The notes under the pieces are model-generated. The model saw only the letters and a list, made by a program, of their open reading frames with translations, searched no databases and was not told the DNA's origin. From Minisyncoccota bacterium (GTDB taxonomy: Bacteria; Patescibacteriota; Patescibacteriia; Patescibacteriales; UBA12465), in assembly GCA_021734405.1 (NCBI GenBank), contig JAIPJA010000001.1:1586-65585 (forward strand): a stretch of 64,000 nt of DNA, in the 5' to 3' direction. Within the stretch, counting starts at the first letter, position 1, and every line of letters starts with the position of its first letter. Below are positions 29,079 through 38,312 of this stretch, in pieces. Made by a program: the position numbers and the translations under genes.

Positions 29079-29207
29079 TATAAATTAAAACTTCGTTTAT
29101 AAACTCCCATCTCTGCATATTAAACTCATGTTCAGTCCAACCAAGCTCCGCACAAAAATACGCCCTAATTGCTCTAAAACTTCTGTCGCCAAATCTAACA
29201 AACCTTG

Positions 29208-29525
29208 CTATTTCATAGCTTGTTGACTGGCTCGGGCTAAAAAATCTTTTACAAAGCTCAAATTCTCTTGAATAAATTTAATATCATCAATGCTTAGTAA
29301 ATTCACATTTTCAATATTTATCGGTATTTTTTGTTCACTCTCATCAGTTGCATCCCAGTCTTCAATGATTCTAGTTAATAAAACCAGAATTTGCTTAATG
29401 TCGCTTTTTTCTTTTTCTATTTCTTCAATGTCATTTGCTAAAATACCGTCACGCACTCTAACTGTTATTCCGCTTTTGGGAAGCTTGATATTTTTGACAT
29501 CTCTCAAATCTTTAAGTATTGGCAT
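29208..29525 (-). CDS. Tail assembly chaperone (G-like)
   Basis: It is a 105-aa acidic ORF between the major tail and tape-measure genes, with a slippery UUUUUUA heptamer near its 3' end. Confidence 0.4.
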   Translation of the reverse strand: MPILKDLRDVKNIKLPKSGITVRVRDGILANDIEEIEKEKSDIKQILVLLTRIIEDWDATDESEQKIPINIENVNLLSIDDIKFIQENLSFVKDFLARASQQAMK

Positions 29526-29529
29526 ATGT

Positions 29530-30501
29530 TTAATAATTACTTACTTCATTAGTTAGTGTAGCCACCATGCTTTTTGCATCGCTGGCAGAATAAAACGCTT
29601 TAAAGCCGACCGTTACTTTTGCGATTTCATTATTATCTCCAGCCACCAATGGCTCTTTAAATTTTATTTTTGCTAAATCAACCACCAGTTTTGGATTTGA
29701 GCTTGCACCAATGGTTATTCCACTATTTACTATCTCCAATCTCATTGCCTTTTTATTTCCGTTTAAAGCATAATCAAGCAAATCGGTATTTTTAAAAAGC
29801 ATTTCAATATTACCCTCGATTGCCAGCTGTTTATTAAGAAAATCATTCGGCTCAACACTTCCCAACTTATCATCATCTTCAATATTTTTGTTTACGTTTA
29901 TCTCAACGTTTTGCACGTCAATTGCACTGGCACCGCCTATACCTGACAAATCATCAGCTAGCTTAATGCTTATATCCTTACCAAGAAAATAATTCTCTGT
30001 GATATAAGCTGGAATACTCGTTGATGCGAAACCAGCCTTGCCTCTAATTACTGCCTCAAATTTTAAATAATCTTTAGCTACTGCATTGATTTTAAAATTC
30101 TCAATAACCGAATTGGCATATGCTTTTTGCTCATTATCTCCTCTTTTTACTTCCACTGTTAATGTCGGGTGTTTAGCTGACTGTAAAACTTCAAATACAT
30201 GATCATAAACACCTGAATCGGCTGATTCCGTTGAAGTAACATTGCCCAATGTGGCCAGTAAAAATAAACCAAAGCTTTTATCAAAAACTTCGCCTGAAAT
30301 TGTGCCTCCGCTTAATTTTTTACTTATCTCCTGATCTTCACTGTCTTCAATAACTCCAACAGCTCTCTCGCTGGCTATAACCTCTATTTTGTCGTTTATG
30401 TCTTCTGACAATGGTTTAAGCCAATAAGCTGGAGTAATAGCAGTTCCTCTGCTTGTTTCTTTGCCTATACCAATATTAAATTTTCTTTTTAATGTTTCCA
30501 T
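29530..30501 (-). CDS. Major tail protein (by position)
   Basis: It is a 323-aa ORF upstream of the chaperone/tape-measure genes. Confidence 0.45.
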   Translation of the reverse strand: METLKRKFNIGIGKETSRGTAITPAYWLKPLSEDINDKIEVIASERAVGVIEDSEDQEISKKLSGGTISGEVFDKSFGLFLLATLGNVTSTESADSGVYDHVFEVLQSAKHPTLTVEVKRGDNEQKAYANSVIENFKINAVAKDYLKFEAVIRGKAGFASTSIPAYITENYFLGKDISIKLADDLSGIGGASAIDVQNVEINVNKNIEDDDKLGSVEPNDFLNKQLAIEGNIEMLFKNTDLLDYALNGNKKAMRLEIVNSGITIGASSNPKLVVDLAKIKFKEPLVAGDNNEIAKVTVGFKAFYSASDAKSMVATLTNEVSNY

Positions 30502-30505
30502 ATAA

Positions 30506-30691
30506 TTATTTATTCTTTAATTTTTTAAATTTTTCGTCAGCCTCCTCCTTTGAACTGGCTTTTATAGTTACCTTGCCAGGATAATTATATTCTTCCTGAC
30601 CGTCCGAATCCTTAGGACGCTTTTCTTCTAAACCGTCCGAATCTTTCAGACGGATACTTTTGTCCTCAATTTTTGATTTTTTTATAGACAT
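30506..30691 (-). CDS. Small hypothetical protein
   Basis: ORF. Confidence 0.3.
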   Translation of the reverse strand: MSIKKSKIEDKSIRLKDSDGLEEKRPKDSDGQEEYNYPGKVTIKASSKEEADEKFKKLKNK

Positions 30692-30697
30692 AATGAT

Positions 30698-31108
30698 TTA
30701 TATTAATTGTTTTAATTTAATGCATGTTATTTCTATCTCCAACACCCTCATGAGTAGTTCCCTATCTTCCCAAACAAAACTGCTTGAAACTTGAACATCA
30801 TCGCAAATACCGCCCAAGGTGTCATCATTATCGAAAACATCATCTATGGTGTCGGATAAGTTTACAAGCAAATTTTCACCGTCAACTTGACCTCGTGCTT
30901 TCTCGTTAACTTCCTGAAATATTTGAATCTTAAATTTATAAACTTTTTTAATGGTTTTTACGCTTTCTCTTATTTTTTCATTTTCACTGCCTAAAATTAC
31001 AGCGACAGGAAAAGCACTGAAATAACCTTTGTTGTATTTGTAAACATCCTTAATATCCCCTATATTTTTTAATTTTAAATAGATTGCATTTAAAATATTA
31101 TTTCTCAT
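30698..31108 (-). CDS. Tail completion/terminator-like protein (by position)
   Basis: ORF. Confidence 0.35.
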   Translation of the reverse strand: MRNNILNAIYLKLKNIGDIKDVYKYNKGYFSAFPVAVILGSENEKIRESVKTIKKVYKFKIQIFQEVNEKARGQVDGENLLVNLSDTIDDVFDNDDTLGGICDDVQVSSSFVWEDRELLMRVLEIEITCIKLKQLI

Positions 31109-31566
31109 ATTCTTTTGATTATTTTTTCTAAAACTTGAACAAATATCTTCCGTACCTTTGTATTGGTCATATCAACAGTCCTGTCTACAAATGGGTTCGC
31201 CTTTGTGCCTTTTCGCATAATTGATTTTTGCACTGCATAAGGATTTAAACCCTTCTTAATAGCCCAAATTCTAAGCGGTGCTCTTTTATTGTGAACTGGC
31301 ACATAGTGCGGTCTTGTTCCTTCATGGACTGGAATAGCGTATTCTTTCTTAGGCACAATAACCACGCTATTTGCATTTAACCTCATACCAATGCTCTGTC
31401 TTAGATGATTTGTGACACCAATAGGTACTTCTCTTTTTTCTGTCCCGACAATCATTTTTCCAGCTTGCAAAAGCCCCTTACTGATCTCCTGATTAACAAT
31501 CGTGGGATAAGCTTGAAAAAGCTCCCTGATTTCTTTTAAATTTTCTATTTCAATCTCAAATGGCAT
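31105..31566 (-). CDS. HK97 gp10-family tail component
   Basis: The N-terminal pattern EIENLKEIRELFQAYP...GTEKREVPIGVTNHLRQSIG resembles gp10-family proteins. Confidence 0.5.
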   Translation of the reverse strand: MPFEIEIENLKEIRELFQAYPTIVNQEISKGLLQAGKMIVGTEKREVPIGVTNHLRQSIGMRLNANSVVIVPKKEYAIPVHEGTRPHYVPVHNKRAPLRIWAIKKGLNPYAVQKSIMRKGTKANPFVDRTVDMTNTKVRKIFVQVLEKIIKRI

Positions 31567-31567
31567 A

Positions 31568-31876
31568 TTAATTATTTGGCTTAATAACTATGGCTTCAAT
31601 TCTTGATAATGAACGATGCTCAAGTTTTCTTAAATTTTTTACTATATAAACCTCATTATCACATTCAATCTTGTCTGTTTCTTTAATATCCGAATAAATA
31701 TCAGCATACAATTTATGCATTTCCGCTGGGTTCCCCTCGCTAATCATAAGATCTTCTGCTTTTACTGGCATTATTACTCCAAAAATATCATCTATTCGTT
31801 TATACTCTTCTGTTTTATTTATAGAATCGCTCAAGAGTCTATAAACCATTATTCTTTTTTCAAACACAAATCTCAT
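31568..31876 (-). CDS. Head-tail adaptor/head closure protein (by position)
   Basis: ORF. Confidence 0.4.
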   Translation of the reverse strand: MRFVFEKRIMVYRLLSDSINKTEEYKRIDDIFGVIMPVKAEDLMISEGNPAEMHKLYADIYSDIKETDKIECDNEVYIVKNLRKLEHRSLSRIEAIVIKPNN

Positions 31877-32412
31877 ACATTAATCTTTTTATACTTGGAC
31901 AATAAGGCTGATATTTCAGGAGATAAATAATTTTCCCAAGCAACTCCAGCATCTCCCAAGTTCTCATTGCTAATTCCATCGCTTTTGCGTTTATTCCATA
32001 ATCTGCCGACAATTTTTAGAATTGCCACTTTTATATCGCTTGGAATATTTTTGCTGGTAAATCCTGTCTTATAAGTTGCTCTATAATTCATTTCACCCAT
32101 ATTCACATAATTAAATTTAACTACTCCCTCATCATCATAAAAAACATAATTATCACTTGATACTTCCTGCCATGATCCATTTCTTTCATTTTCAATAACT
32201 AAATTTTGCAGATTTAAGTTATAAGTCAAAAACATTTCATTGTTAATTTCATCACCATCAAAATACTCCTCAATCTCAATTTCTTCAATTTTGTTATTAG
32301 TCATAGCCTCTGCCCATTTAACTGCCGACTTTATAAGCAAAGCAATAACATCATCAAAATCATTGGTGTTCAATGTTATATATGTTTTAAAATCTTCTGT
32401 GTTTATAATCAT
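31873..32412 (-). CDS. gp6-like head-tail connector protein
   Basis: The N-terminal pattern EDFKTYITLNTNDFDDVIALLIKSAVKWAE is typical of gp6-like connectors. Confidence 0.5.
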   Translation of the reverse strand: MIINTEDFKTYITLNTNDFDDVIALLIKSAVKWAEAMTNNKIEEIEIEEYFDGDEINNEMFLTYNLNLQNLVIENERNGSWQEVSSDNYVFYDDEGVVKFNYVNMGEMNYRATYKTGFTSKNIPSDIKVAILKIVGRLWNKRKSDGISNENLGDAGVAWENYLSPEISALLSKYKKINV

Positions 32413-32462
32413 AAATTTAAAGCTGTAATTCCTGACCCTATAAAGGGTCAGACATCAAAGTT

Positions 32463-32672
32463 CTAAACCTTTTCACAAAACTTGCCTTTGATTAGCTTTT
32501 CAGCTTCTTCCGGTTCAAGCCCGGCAACATCTCCCTTAACATAAGGAGTATAACTTTTTGCAAATTTTACTCGAACAAGCTTTGTTTTCTTTTTCTTGTC
32601 CTTTTTTTCTTCTTCGGCTGAATTATTATTTTTGTTTTCATCAGCCTGATTGTTTTTGTTGTCGTTTGCCAT
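32463..32672 (-). CDS. Small hypothetical head protein
   Basis: ORF. Confidence 0.3.
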   Translation of the reverse strand: MANDNKNNQADENKNNNSAEEEKKDKKKKTKLVRVKFAKSYTPYVKGDVAGLEPEEAEKLIKGKFCEKV

Positions 32673-32764
32673 AAAATTATCGCTTAATTATTAATAACTA
32701 ACTGCTTTCTCCCTCCCTGCTAAAAATCCCCATGCAGGGAGGGAGTATAGCAATAAGCCAAACT

Positions 32765-33823
32765 CTATTTAACCGCTGTCAACTTTTTACCTGCATCAGG
32801 CAAGGTGTAAACACCATCTACTGCCTCTGCTACAACCAATTCGGTTTGAAGTTTACTAATAACCTTGTCGGTATCAACAAACATCTTCTCGCCATCTTTA
32901 ATCCAGTAGTACCAAGGGTCGAAAAAGAAAATCTCGGTTTCATCAGTTCCTGCCCCCAAATTTGCTGGGATATCAGCACTTTCAAATACTGGTCTGTTAA
33001 AAATGGTTTGATCACGCACATCAAAAATCGGTAGTCCGTTATTATCTTTCAGTTTACGCAACAATTTCATACCAGCACTGGAAGTCATAAACACCGCATT
33101 TTGCCTATACTGCTCTGGCAACTCATAAAACAAATCAACCAAATCATCATAAGAAAATTCAGCACCTGCTTGAGCTAGTGTGCCTAAACTAGCCCCTCTA
33201 AGACCTGTCGGCTTTTCAGAACCGTCTCCTGCTACAAAAGCCACTTCCTCTGTATCTCTTAACTTCCTTGAACATAATTCGCCAATAAAATTGACTATGT
33301 TATAAGCGGAAGTGTTCAACAGTTTGCGTGGAATAAGAACCCTAGCGGCTAAATAATAGTCGTAAAGATTCTTTTTGCTTACAGTTGGGTTGCTTTCGGT
33401 GATTTCTTGATTTTCAGCCACCCAATAAGCAGTAACTCCAGCACCTTCTGTAGGCAACTGAAAATCTCCGCTTAACTGAAAAACAAATGCCAATTTTCTC
33501 ATCTTGGAAATTTTATCCTTTTTAGTAAGAATAAAATCAGCCAATTCAGTCGGCACAGTGTGTCCAAAAGAAGTGTCGCTTGAATCTATAGCTTTCTCTT
33601 CAACCTGTCCTAAACAAACCTTTCTGATAAAATCTGCAGATTTATTTATTTTCTCCTCATCTGTGTCAGACTTTACGTCTTTCACATCCCTTTTAACTTC
33701 TTTCAAAATTTCGCTTTTCATATCAGGCAAAATTTCTTTTATACCATCAGTGATGATATTTTTTAACTCATCCATAGTCACTTCTTTGACTTGGGTTTGA
33801 GTGTTGTTTTTTTCTTTGTCCAT
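32765..33823 (-). CDS. Major capsid protein, HK97 fold
   Basis: Length and conserved blocks (VAENQEITESNPT..., AFVAGDGSEKPTGL) match HK97-family major capsid proteins. Confidence 0.75.
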   Translation of the reverse strand: MDKEKNNTQTQVKEVTMDELKNIITDGIKEILPDMKSEILKEVKRDVKDVKSDTDEEKINKSADFIRKVCLGQVEEKAIDSSDTSFGHTVPTELADFILTKKDKISKMRKLAFVFQLSGDFQLPTEGAGVTAYWVAENQEITESNPTVSKKNLYDYYLAARVLIPRKLLNTSAYNIVNFIGELCSRKLRDTEEVAFVAGDGSEKPTGLRGASLGTLAQAGAEFSYDDLVDLFYELPEQYRQNAVFMTSSAGMKLLRKLKDNNGLPIFDVRDQTIFNRPVFESADIPANLGAGTDETEIFFFDPWYYWIKDGEKMFVDTDKVISKLQTELVVAEAVDGVYTLPDAGKKLTAVK

Positions 33824-33841
33824 ATATTCGTTTAAATTAAA

Positions 33842-34612
33842 TTATTTAGTTATTTTGAGTACAAATTCACATGCCTTGTCGGCTTGCTTTATTGCTTGTC
33901 TGATTCGGAGTATTTTTTTGTCCGTTTCAGGGTCGACCTTTGTCCCTTTTTGATCTGCCAGGGACTTTAAATGCAAAATATATTTATTGCTTAATTTTAG
34001 TCTGGCTATATTACCATCCTTATAATAAATTTTTGCTCTTTCTTTTTTATAATCAATATCAATAAAATTGATTTCCTTTTCCAGCTTCTCCTCTTTAATA
34101 TCAACTAACTCCGTATCAGGATTTGCTCCAGCTAATACTGGTGACCATTCATACAATCTAACTTTTTTAATAATTCTATTGTCATTTTCGTCCCATTCAT
34201 AATCAAGGACCCGAAATCCAATGCTAAACTCGTCAATAATTCCAAATTTAACATCACTGTATGCTTCCTTGCCTCTTTGTGTTTCCAGATTAAATTCCGC
34301 TTTTATAAACAAGCCTTTAGTATCTTCCCTTGCCTCAAGAGTCCTAGCAATCGGCAAATCCCAATTATGCATCCAAACACCCTTGGGTAGTTTCTTTTTT
34401 ATGCTTTCGGCAAATGCACCCTGCTTGATAATATCGCCTACTAAATCAATATTATTGAAAATAGAAACATAAGCCTCAATTATTCCTTTTTGCTTATCGT
34501 CTTTCTCTTCAAGCAATTTAATGTCAGCCTTAACCTTAACCCTGATTAATTTATCAAAATTAAGCTTTTTATCATTTCTTTTTTCTTTTATTTCTTTTAT
34601 AGTTTTTCCCAT
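33842..34612 (-). CDS. Prohead maturation protease (HK97 family, S78)
   Basis: GIIEAYVSIFNNIDLVGDIIKQGAF...WMHNWDLPIA matches the HK97 protease core. Confidence 0.7.
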   Translation of the reverse strand: MGKTIKEIKEKRNDKKLNFDKLIRVKVKADIKLLEEKDDKQKGIIEAYVSIFNNIDLVGDIIKQGAFAESIKKKLPKGVWMHNWDLPIARTLEAREDTKGLFIKAEFNLETQRGKEAYSDVKFGIIDEFSIGFRVLDYEWDENDNRIIKKVRLYEWSPVLAGANPDTELVDIKEEKLEKEINFIDIDYKKERAKIYYKDGNIARLKLSNKYILHLKSLADQKGTKVDPETDKKILRIRQAIKQADKACEFVLKITK

Positions 34613-34631
34613 ATATTTGATTGATTATTAT

Positions 34632-36689
34632 TTAAAGTGGCGTAAAATCACATTTGCAATTTGGATGCACTGGAATTTCACCTTCTATCGATTTAACTGA
34701 CCATTCTTCCTCTGATTTCGCTTGGCAAGTTGGGCATGCCTCAGGCGACAATAGCCATTCAACATCAGTAAATCCATAATGTTCATATGTTTTGCGATGA
34801 GCCTCAACCACTCCTCTCGCACTTTCAGTCCTTGCTATCATTTCCGCCCTGTAATCAACGGCAAACTTAAACACTTCCTCAACCCTCTTTTTTAAGCTTT
34901 CCAAATCTTCTCCTGCCTCTACACCCTCTTTCATTGTTTTTTCAAATGCCTCAATAGTTGTGTTGTTTATACTCTCGCCAATTTCCAGCTCAACTTTGGC
35001 TATCCATTCTTTTATAAAATCCATGTCTACAATCATATCTTCTCCAATAAGCTCGCTAGCTCCAGCAACACCAGTCATGACTGTCTCGTAAAGCAAGGGG
35101 TCTATAATTGCTATAGCTGCTCCCAACTCCTCGGTTTTACTAATCCCGTACTGGGTAGCTACATCTTTTTTATGATTTTCCTCGAGTGATTTTATAAACC
35201 TCTCAAGTTGTCCTTTAAAAAAATCCGCAAATTTCTTTTTCCACAATTTCTCTAGCTTAGCCTCATTATCCATTCTGATTTTATAAAATCTTTCTCGCTG
35301 TTCATTGTCTATCTTAAATTCTTTTTTCTCTACTATTTTTAAAACAACTCCCTTTTTATCAACTAAGCCATTTAATATTTTATTACCTGCCTTTTCACTG
35401 ATTAACTTAAGTTTTAAATTCCTGTTTACGATCCTTTTTTTAATTTCTTTCTGCAATTTTAAATTTAATCTGCCAGTACCTCCTGCCTTTATTTTTATAA
35501 AATCCTTTTTCTCTCCACCGATAACTGGCATAGCTGATAAAGGCATATAAATATAATCTCCACCGTTTACTGGATCTAAGCCCTCACTTTCCCTGATTTC
35601 ATTAGTTGTCCTCCATTTATTCCAGCTGATCTCTTTTTGCTTTAAATTCATCTCTTCATCTTCCTTGGCCAAGGGTTCAAATGACAGCCATAAGTCCGAT
35701 CCGAACATTGGCACTAAAAACTCATTTAATTGTTCAACTAACTCTGTTGCCAAAGGTTCAAGTGTCCATTTATTAAAAACATATTCAGCTGCGATTGCAC
35801 TGGCTCTATTAACATCCTCAAAAACTCCCAAAACTGGCTTTGGCACGCCAAATATTGAAAGTATTTCATCTCGGTTCATTTTTCTGCTTTCAATGAAATC
35901 CAAATCCTTTGGCGGTAAAGTTACGGGTTTAAATTTTATGCCCCCTTCAAGCAATTGCACATTATATGAATTCTCATAACCTTGATATTTTTTTCTAAAC
36001 TCCTTCTTAAGCCTTTTAATCATTTTAGTGTCGGCATTCCCTTCCATTTCCAAAAATCCGCTTGGTCTGGCATTGTTTTTTAAAAGATTACTGTTTGACT
36101 GCAATATATAATCATCATTTTCAGCGGTCATTCTTACCGCTTCAATAATACCAATTCCCTTCTCGGGATTTTTTGGATTGTAATTTTTTAAAAAGATAAC
36201 CTCATCCTTATCAAACTCCTTTTTATACATGCCTATCTCATAGGTGTATCCCACTATATTGCCGTCATCGTCTTTTTTTACTTTAAAAAACTCTGGTCTT
36301 GCAATAAAAATATTGCTCGGCAATTTATCTTCCTTGTTTGTTTTGCTTAATATCCATGGACTGGCACCAAGCAAATCCCTATAAATAACGCTCAACTGGA
36401 TAAAATTATATTTAGTCATTTCAGGATTAACCCGATAAAGCAATTCCAATAATTCGTGCTCGATAATCTCTTCTACTTCGCCGTTTTTTTTAAGCCTATA
36501 TAATTTAAATTCAATTTGAGCCAAGCCCATGCTTCGCCTAGCCACACATGCATAAACCCATGACTTGTAAAAATCCAATGCATCCGACTTGGTAACCACT
36601 GACGACATAACACCTGAATTCACAAAAAATGAATATGGCACCGCCTGTTTTTTAACTATTTGATTGTAAATTTTTTTTATAATATTCAT
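34632..36689 (-). CDS. Portal protein (HK97-type) fused to a C-terminal SPP1 gp7/Mu F-like head morphogenesis domain with a Cys4 ribbon
   Basis: The first ~410 aa are portal-like. The C-terminal third carries head-morphogenesis motifs and CPTCQ...CKC. Confidence 0.7.
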   Translation of the reverse strand: MNIIKKIYNQIVKKQAVPYSFFVNSGVMSSVVTKSDALDFYKSWVYACVARRSMGLAQIEFKLYRLKKNGEVEEIIEHELLELLYRVNPEMTKYNFIQLSVIYRDLLGASPWILSKTNKEDKLPSNIFIARPEFFKVKKDDDGNIVGYTYEIGMYKKEFDKDEVIFLKNYNPKNPEKGIGIIEAVRMTAENDDYILQSNSNLLKNNARPSGFLEMEGNADTKMIKRLKKEFRKKYQGYENSYNVQLLEGGIKFKPVTLPPKDLDFIESRKMNRDEILSIFGVPKPVLGVFEDVNRASAIAAEYVFNKWTLEPLATELVEQLNEFLVPMFGSDLWLSFEPLAKEDEEMNLKQKEISWNKWRTTNEIRESEGLDPVNGGDYIYMPLSAMPVIGGEKKDFIKIKAGGTGRLNLKLQKEIKKRIVNRNLKLKLISEKAGNKILNGLVDKKGVVLKIVEKKEFKIDNEQRERFYKIRMDNEAKLEKLWKKKFADFFKGQLERFIKSLEENHKKDVATQYGISKTEELGAAIAIIDPLLYETVMTGVAGASELIGEDMIVDMDFIKEWIAKVELEIGESINNTTIEAFEKTMKEGVEAGEDLESLKKRVEEVFKFAVDYRAEMIARTESARGVVEAHRKTYEHYGFTDVEWLLSPEACPTCQAKSEEEWSVKSIEGEIPVHPNCKCDFTPL

Positions 36690-37018
36690 ACTGCTTTTGG
36701 TAAATCGCTTTTACAATTGATAACAATATCTCCATAAGTAACCAGTTGCCCATCTTCAAAAGTTGCTTCAATTTCTGCATAATATTTTCCTGCCTCATCA
36801 AAATCACCTTCCTGCACTGTATATTTAACTTCGCCTCCGGGGCTGTCTATGATATTCATTTCACCTGAAAACTTAAGCTCACTTTCCCCGGGGACTTGGG
36901 CTTTAAACAAAATACTGGAAACGCCGTTTAAATTAACCGCTTCTCCGTTGTAATCCGTTAAAGAAAAAAATAAGTCATATCCTTTGTCGTCTTTTGTTAT
37001 ATCAATTATTGTCCTCAT
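36686..37018 (-). CDS. Hypothetical protein between portal and terminase
   Basis: It is an acidic ORF, possibly with an Ig-like fold. Confidence 0.35.
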   Translation of the reverse strand: MRTIIDITKDDKGYDLFFSLTDYNGEAVNLNGVSSILFKAQVPGESELKFSGEMNIIDSPGGEVKYTVQEGDFDEAGKYYAEIEATFEDGQLVTYGDIVINCKSDLPKAV

Positions 37019-37733
37019 GGTTTTGTCTTAAAATAAATTTTCTTGCTTTGGCTTTGATTGAATAAATCTTTTTCTTTACGCTCCTAAATTGCTTTGCAAA
37101 AGTATCCAGATTAACAATCAAAAATGTGTTTTTATTAAATATCACCTGCCTGACTCGAGCTAAAATAAAACTTAATCCTGTATTTACTGTTGCCTGAAAT
37201 TGCCTTATATAATTTGCTGTTTTATTTAATCCAGCCATTCCTGTAGATATCGCATTAAACTGCTCGCTATAAATATTGATTGGTACAAACTCATCATCGT
37301 GCCAAATAATAAACATCGTATCTTTACCGTCTGTATATGGATTTTTGTTATAGGTCATTACTCCGTCTGGATAAGCATCTCCCGTTCTGTACGGTGCTCC
37401 TGACCAAAATCCTGATGTCACTTTAAAATCAACAAAATATTCTGCATTCAAATCGATTTGCAAGGGTTCTGGGAGCACAAATTCTTTCCAACCCACCCCA
37501 TTATTTTGAGGTATTGTTCTTTGATCGGTATAAATCACATCGCCCCCAATACCCCGATAAATTTTCATCTCTATTCCATAGCTTCCTGTATAGTTGTTAT
37601 TGACCTGATAAAATGAAACTTTCGATATATTATTCAAACTGCCTGAATTAAATGTCTGACCGATGCTGGAACCAGTGCTAACATTCCATTGACTACTCCT
37701 TAAATCTTGTTTTATCCCTTCAACTACTGCCAT
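37002..37733 (-). CDS. Hypothetical protein between portal and terminase
   Basis: ORF. Confidence 0.35.
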   Translation of the reverse strand: MAVVEGIKQDLRSSQWNVSTGSSIGQTFNSGSLNNISKVSFYQVNNNYTGSYGIEMKIYRGIGGDVIYTDQRTIPQNNGVGWKEFVLPEPLQIDLNAEYFVDFKVTSGFWSGAPYRTGDAYPDGVMTYNKNPYTDGKDTMFIIWHDDEFVPINIYSEQFNAISTGMAGLNKTANYIRQFQATVNTGLSFILARVRQVIFNKNTFLIVNLDTFAKQFRSVKKKIYSIKAKARKFILRQNHEDNN

Positions 37734-37735
37734 AT

Positions 37736-38149
37736 TTATTGAATTTCAAGCTGGAATGTAAATTCAATCTTGTCTCCTGTTTCCAAGGTAATGCCTGAAA
37801 AATCCCCATGCATCAATAAACTGCCAGCTGTTATATTATTAAATAATCCTGCCTCTGTAATTGTTTTTGCCGATTCGGCTGTTAATGTACCAATCCATTC
37901 AATCACATCAGCACTAGCCTGACTCCTGCTTGCCTCAATTCTTGCTTCGCTTTCTTCATTAAATAAAGTAGTGTTGTTTTTTGATAACGATCCGCTTCCT
38001 GATCCCCATGCTATATGCTCAACGTTGGTCGTTACTTGATTATCAATTTTGTCCACTATCCATTCTTCACAATACTGCGTCATTACAACCGCCATATATA
38101 AAAATTTATTAATGGCTTTTTGAATTTCATTGTTTAATGCTAATATCAT
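37736..38149 (-). CDS. Hypothetical protein between portal and terminase
   Basis: ORF. Confidence 0.35.
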   Translation of the reverse strand: MILALNNEIQKAINKFLYMAVVMTQYCEEWIVDKIDNQVTTNVEHIAWGSGSGSLSKNNTTLFNEESEARIEASRSQASADVIEWIGTLTAESAKTITEAGLFNNITAGSLLMHGDFSGITLETGDKIEFTFQLEIQ

Positions 38150-38312
38150 ATTTTTACTTTTGGCTTATTGTTTAAAATTACTTTATTTGACCATTTTCCT
38201 TCTTTCGCCCTGTAAACCCTTGCCTGAATTGATGATCTGCCAAGAATAACAACTTTTAAACCGCCCTTTATTCCTCTAATAATTTTTAACAATAATTTTA
38301 ATATTAAATTCT

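Noticed and set aside
29079-29207. Stop-codon readthrough extension of the tail chaperone (35 in-frame codons are open after the TAG)
   Set aside because: The -1 frameshift at UUUUUUA gives a longer extension that reaches the tape-measure start and fits the known G/GT mechanism. I consider readthrough less likely.
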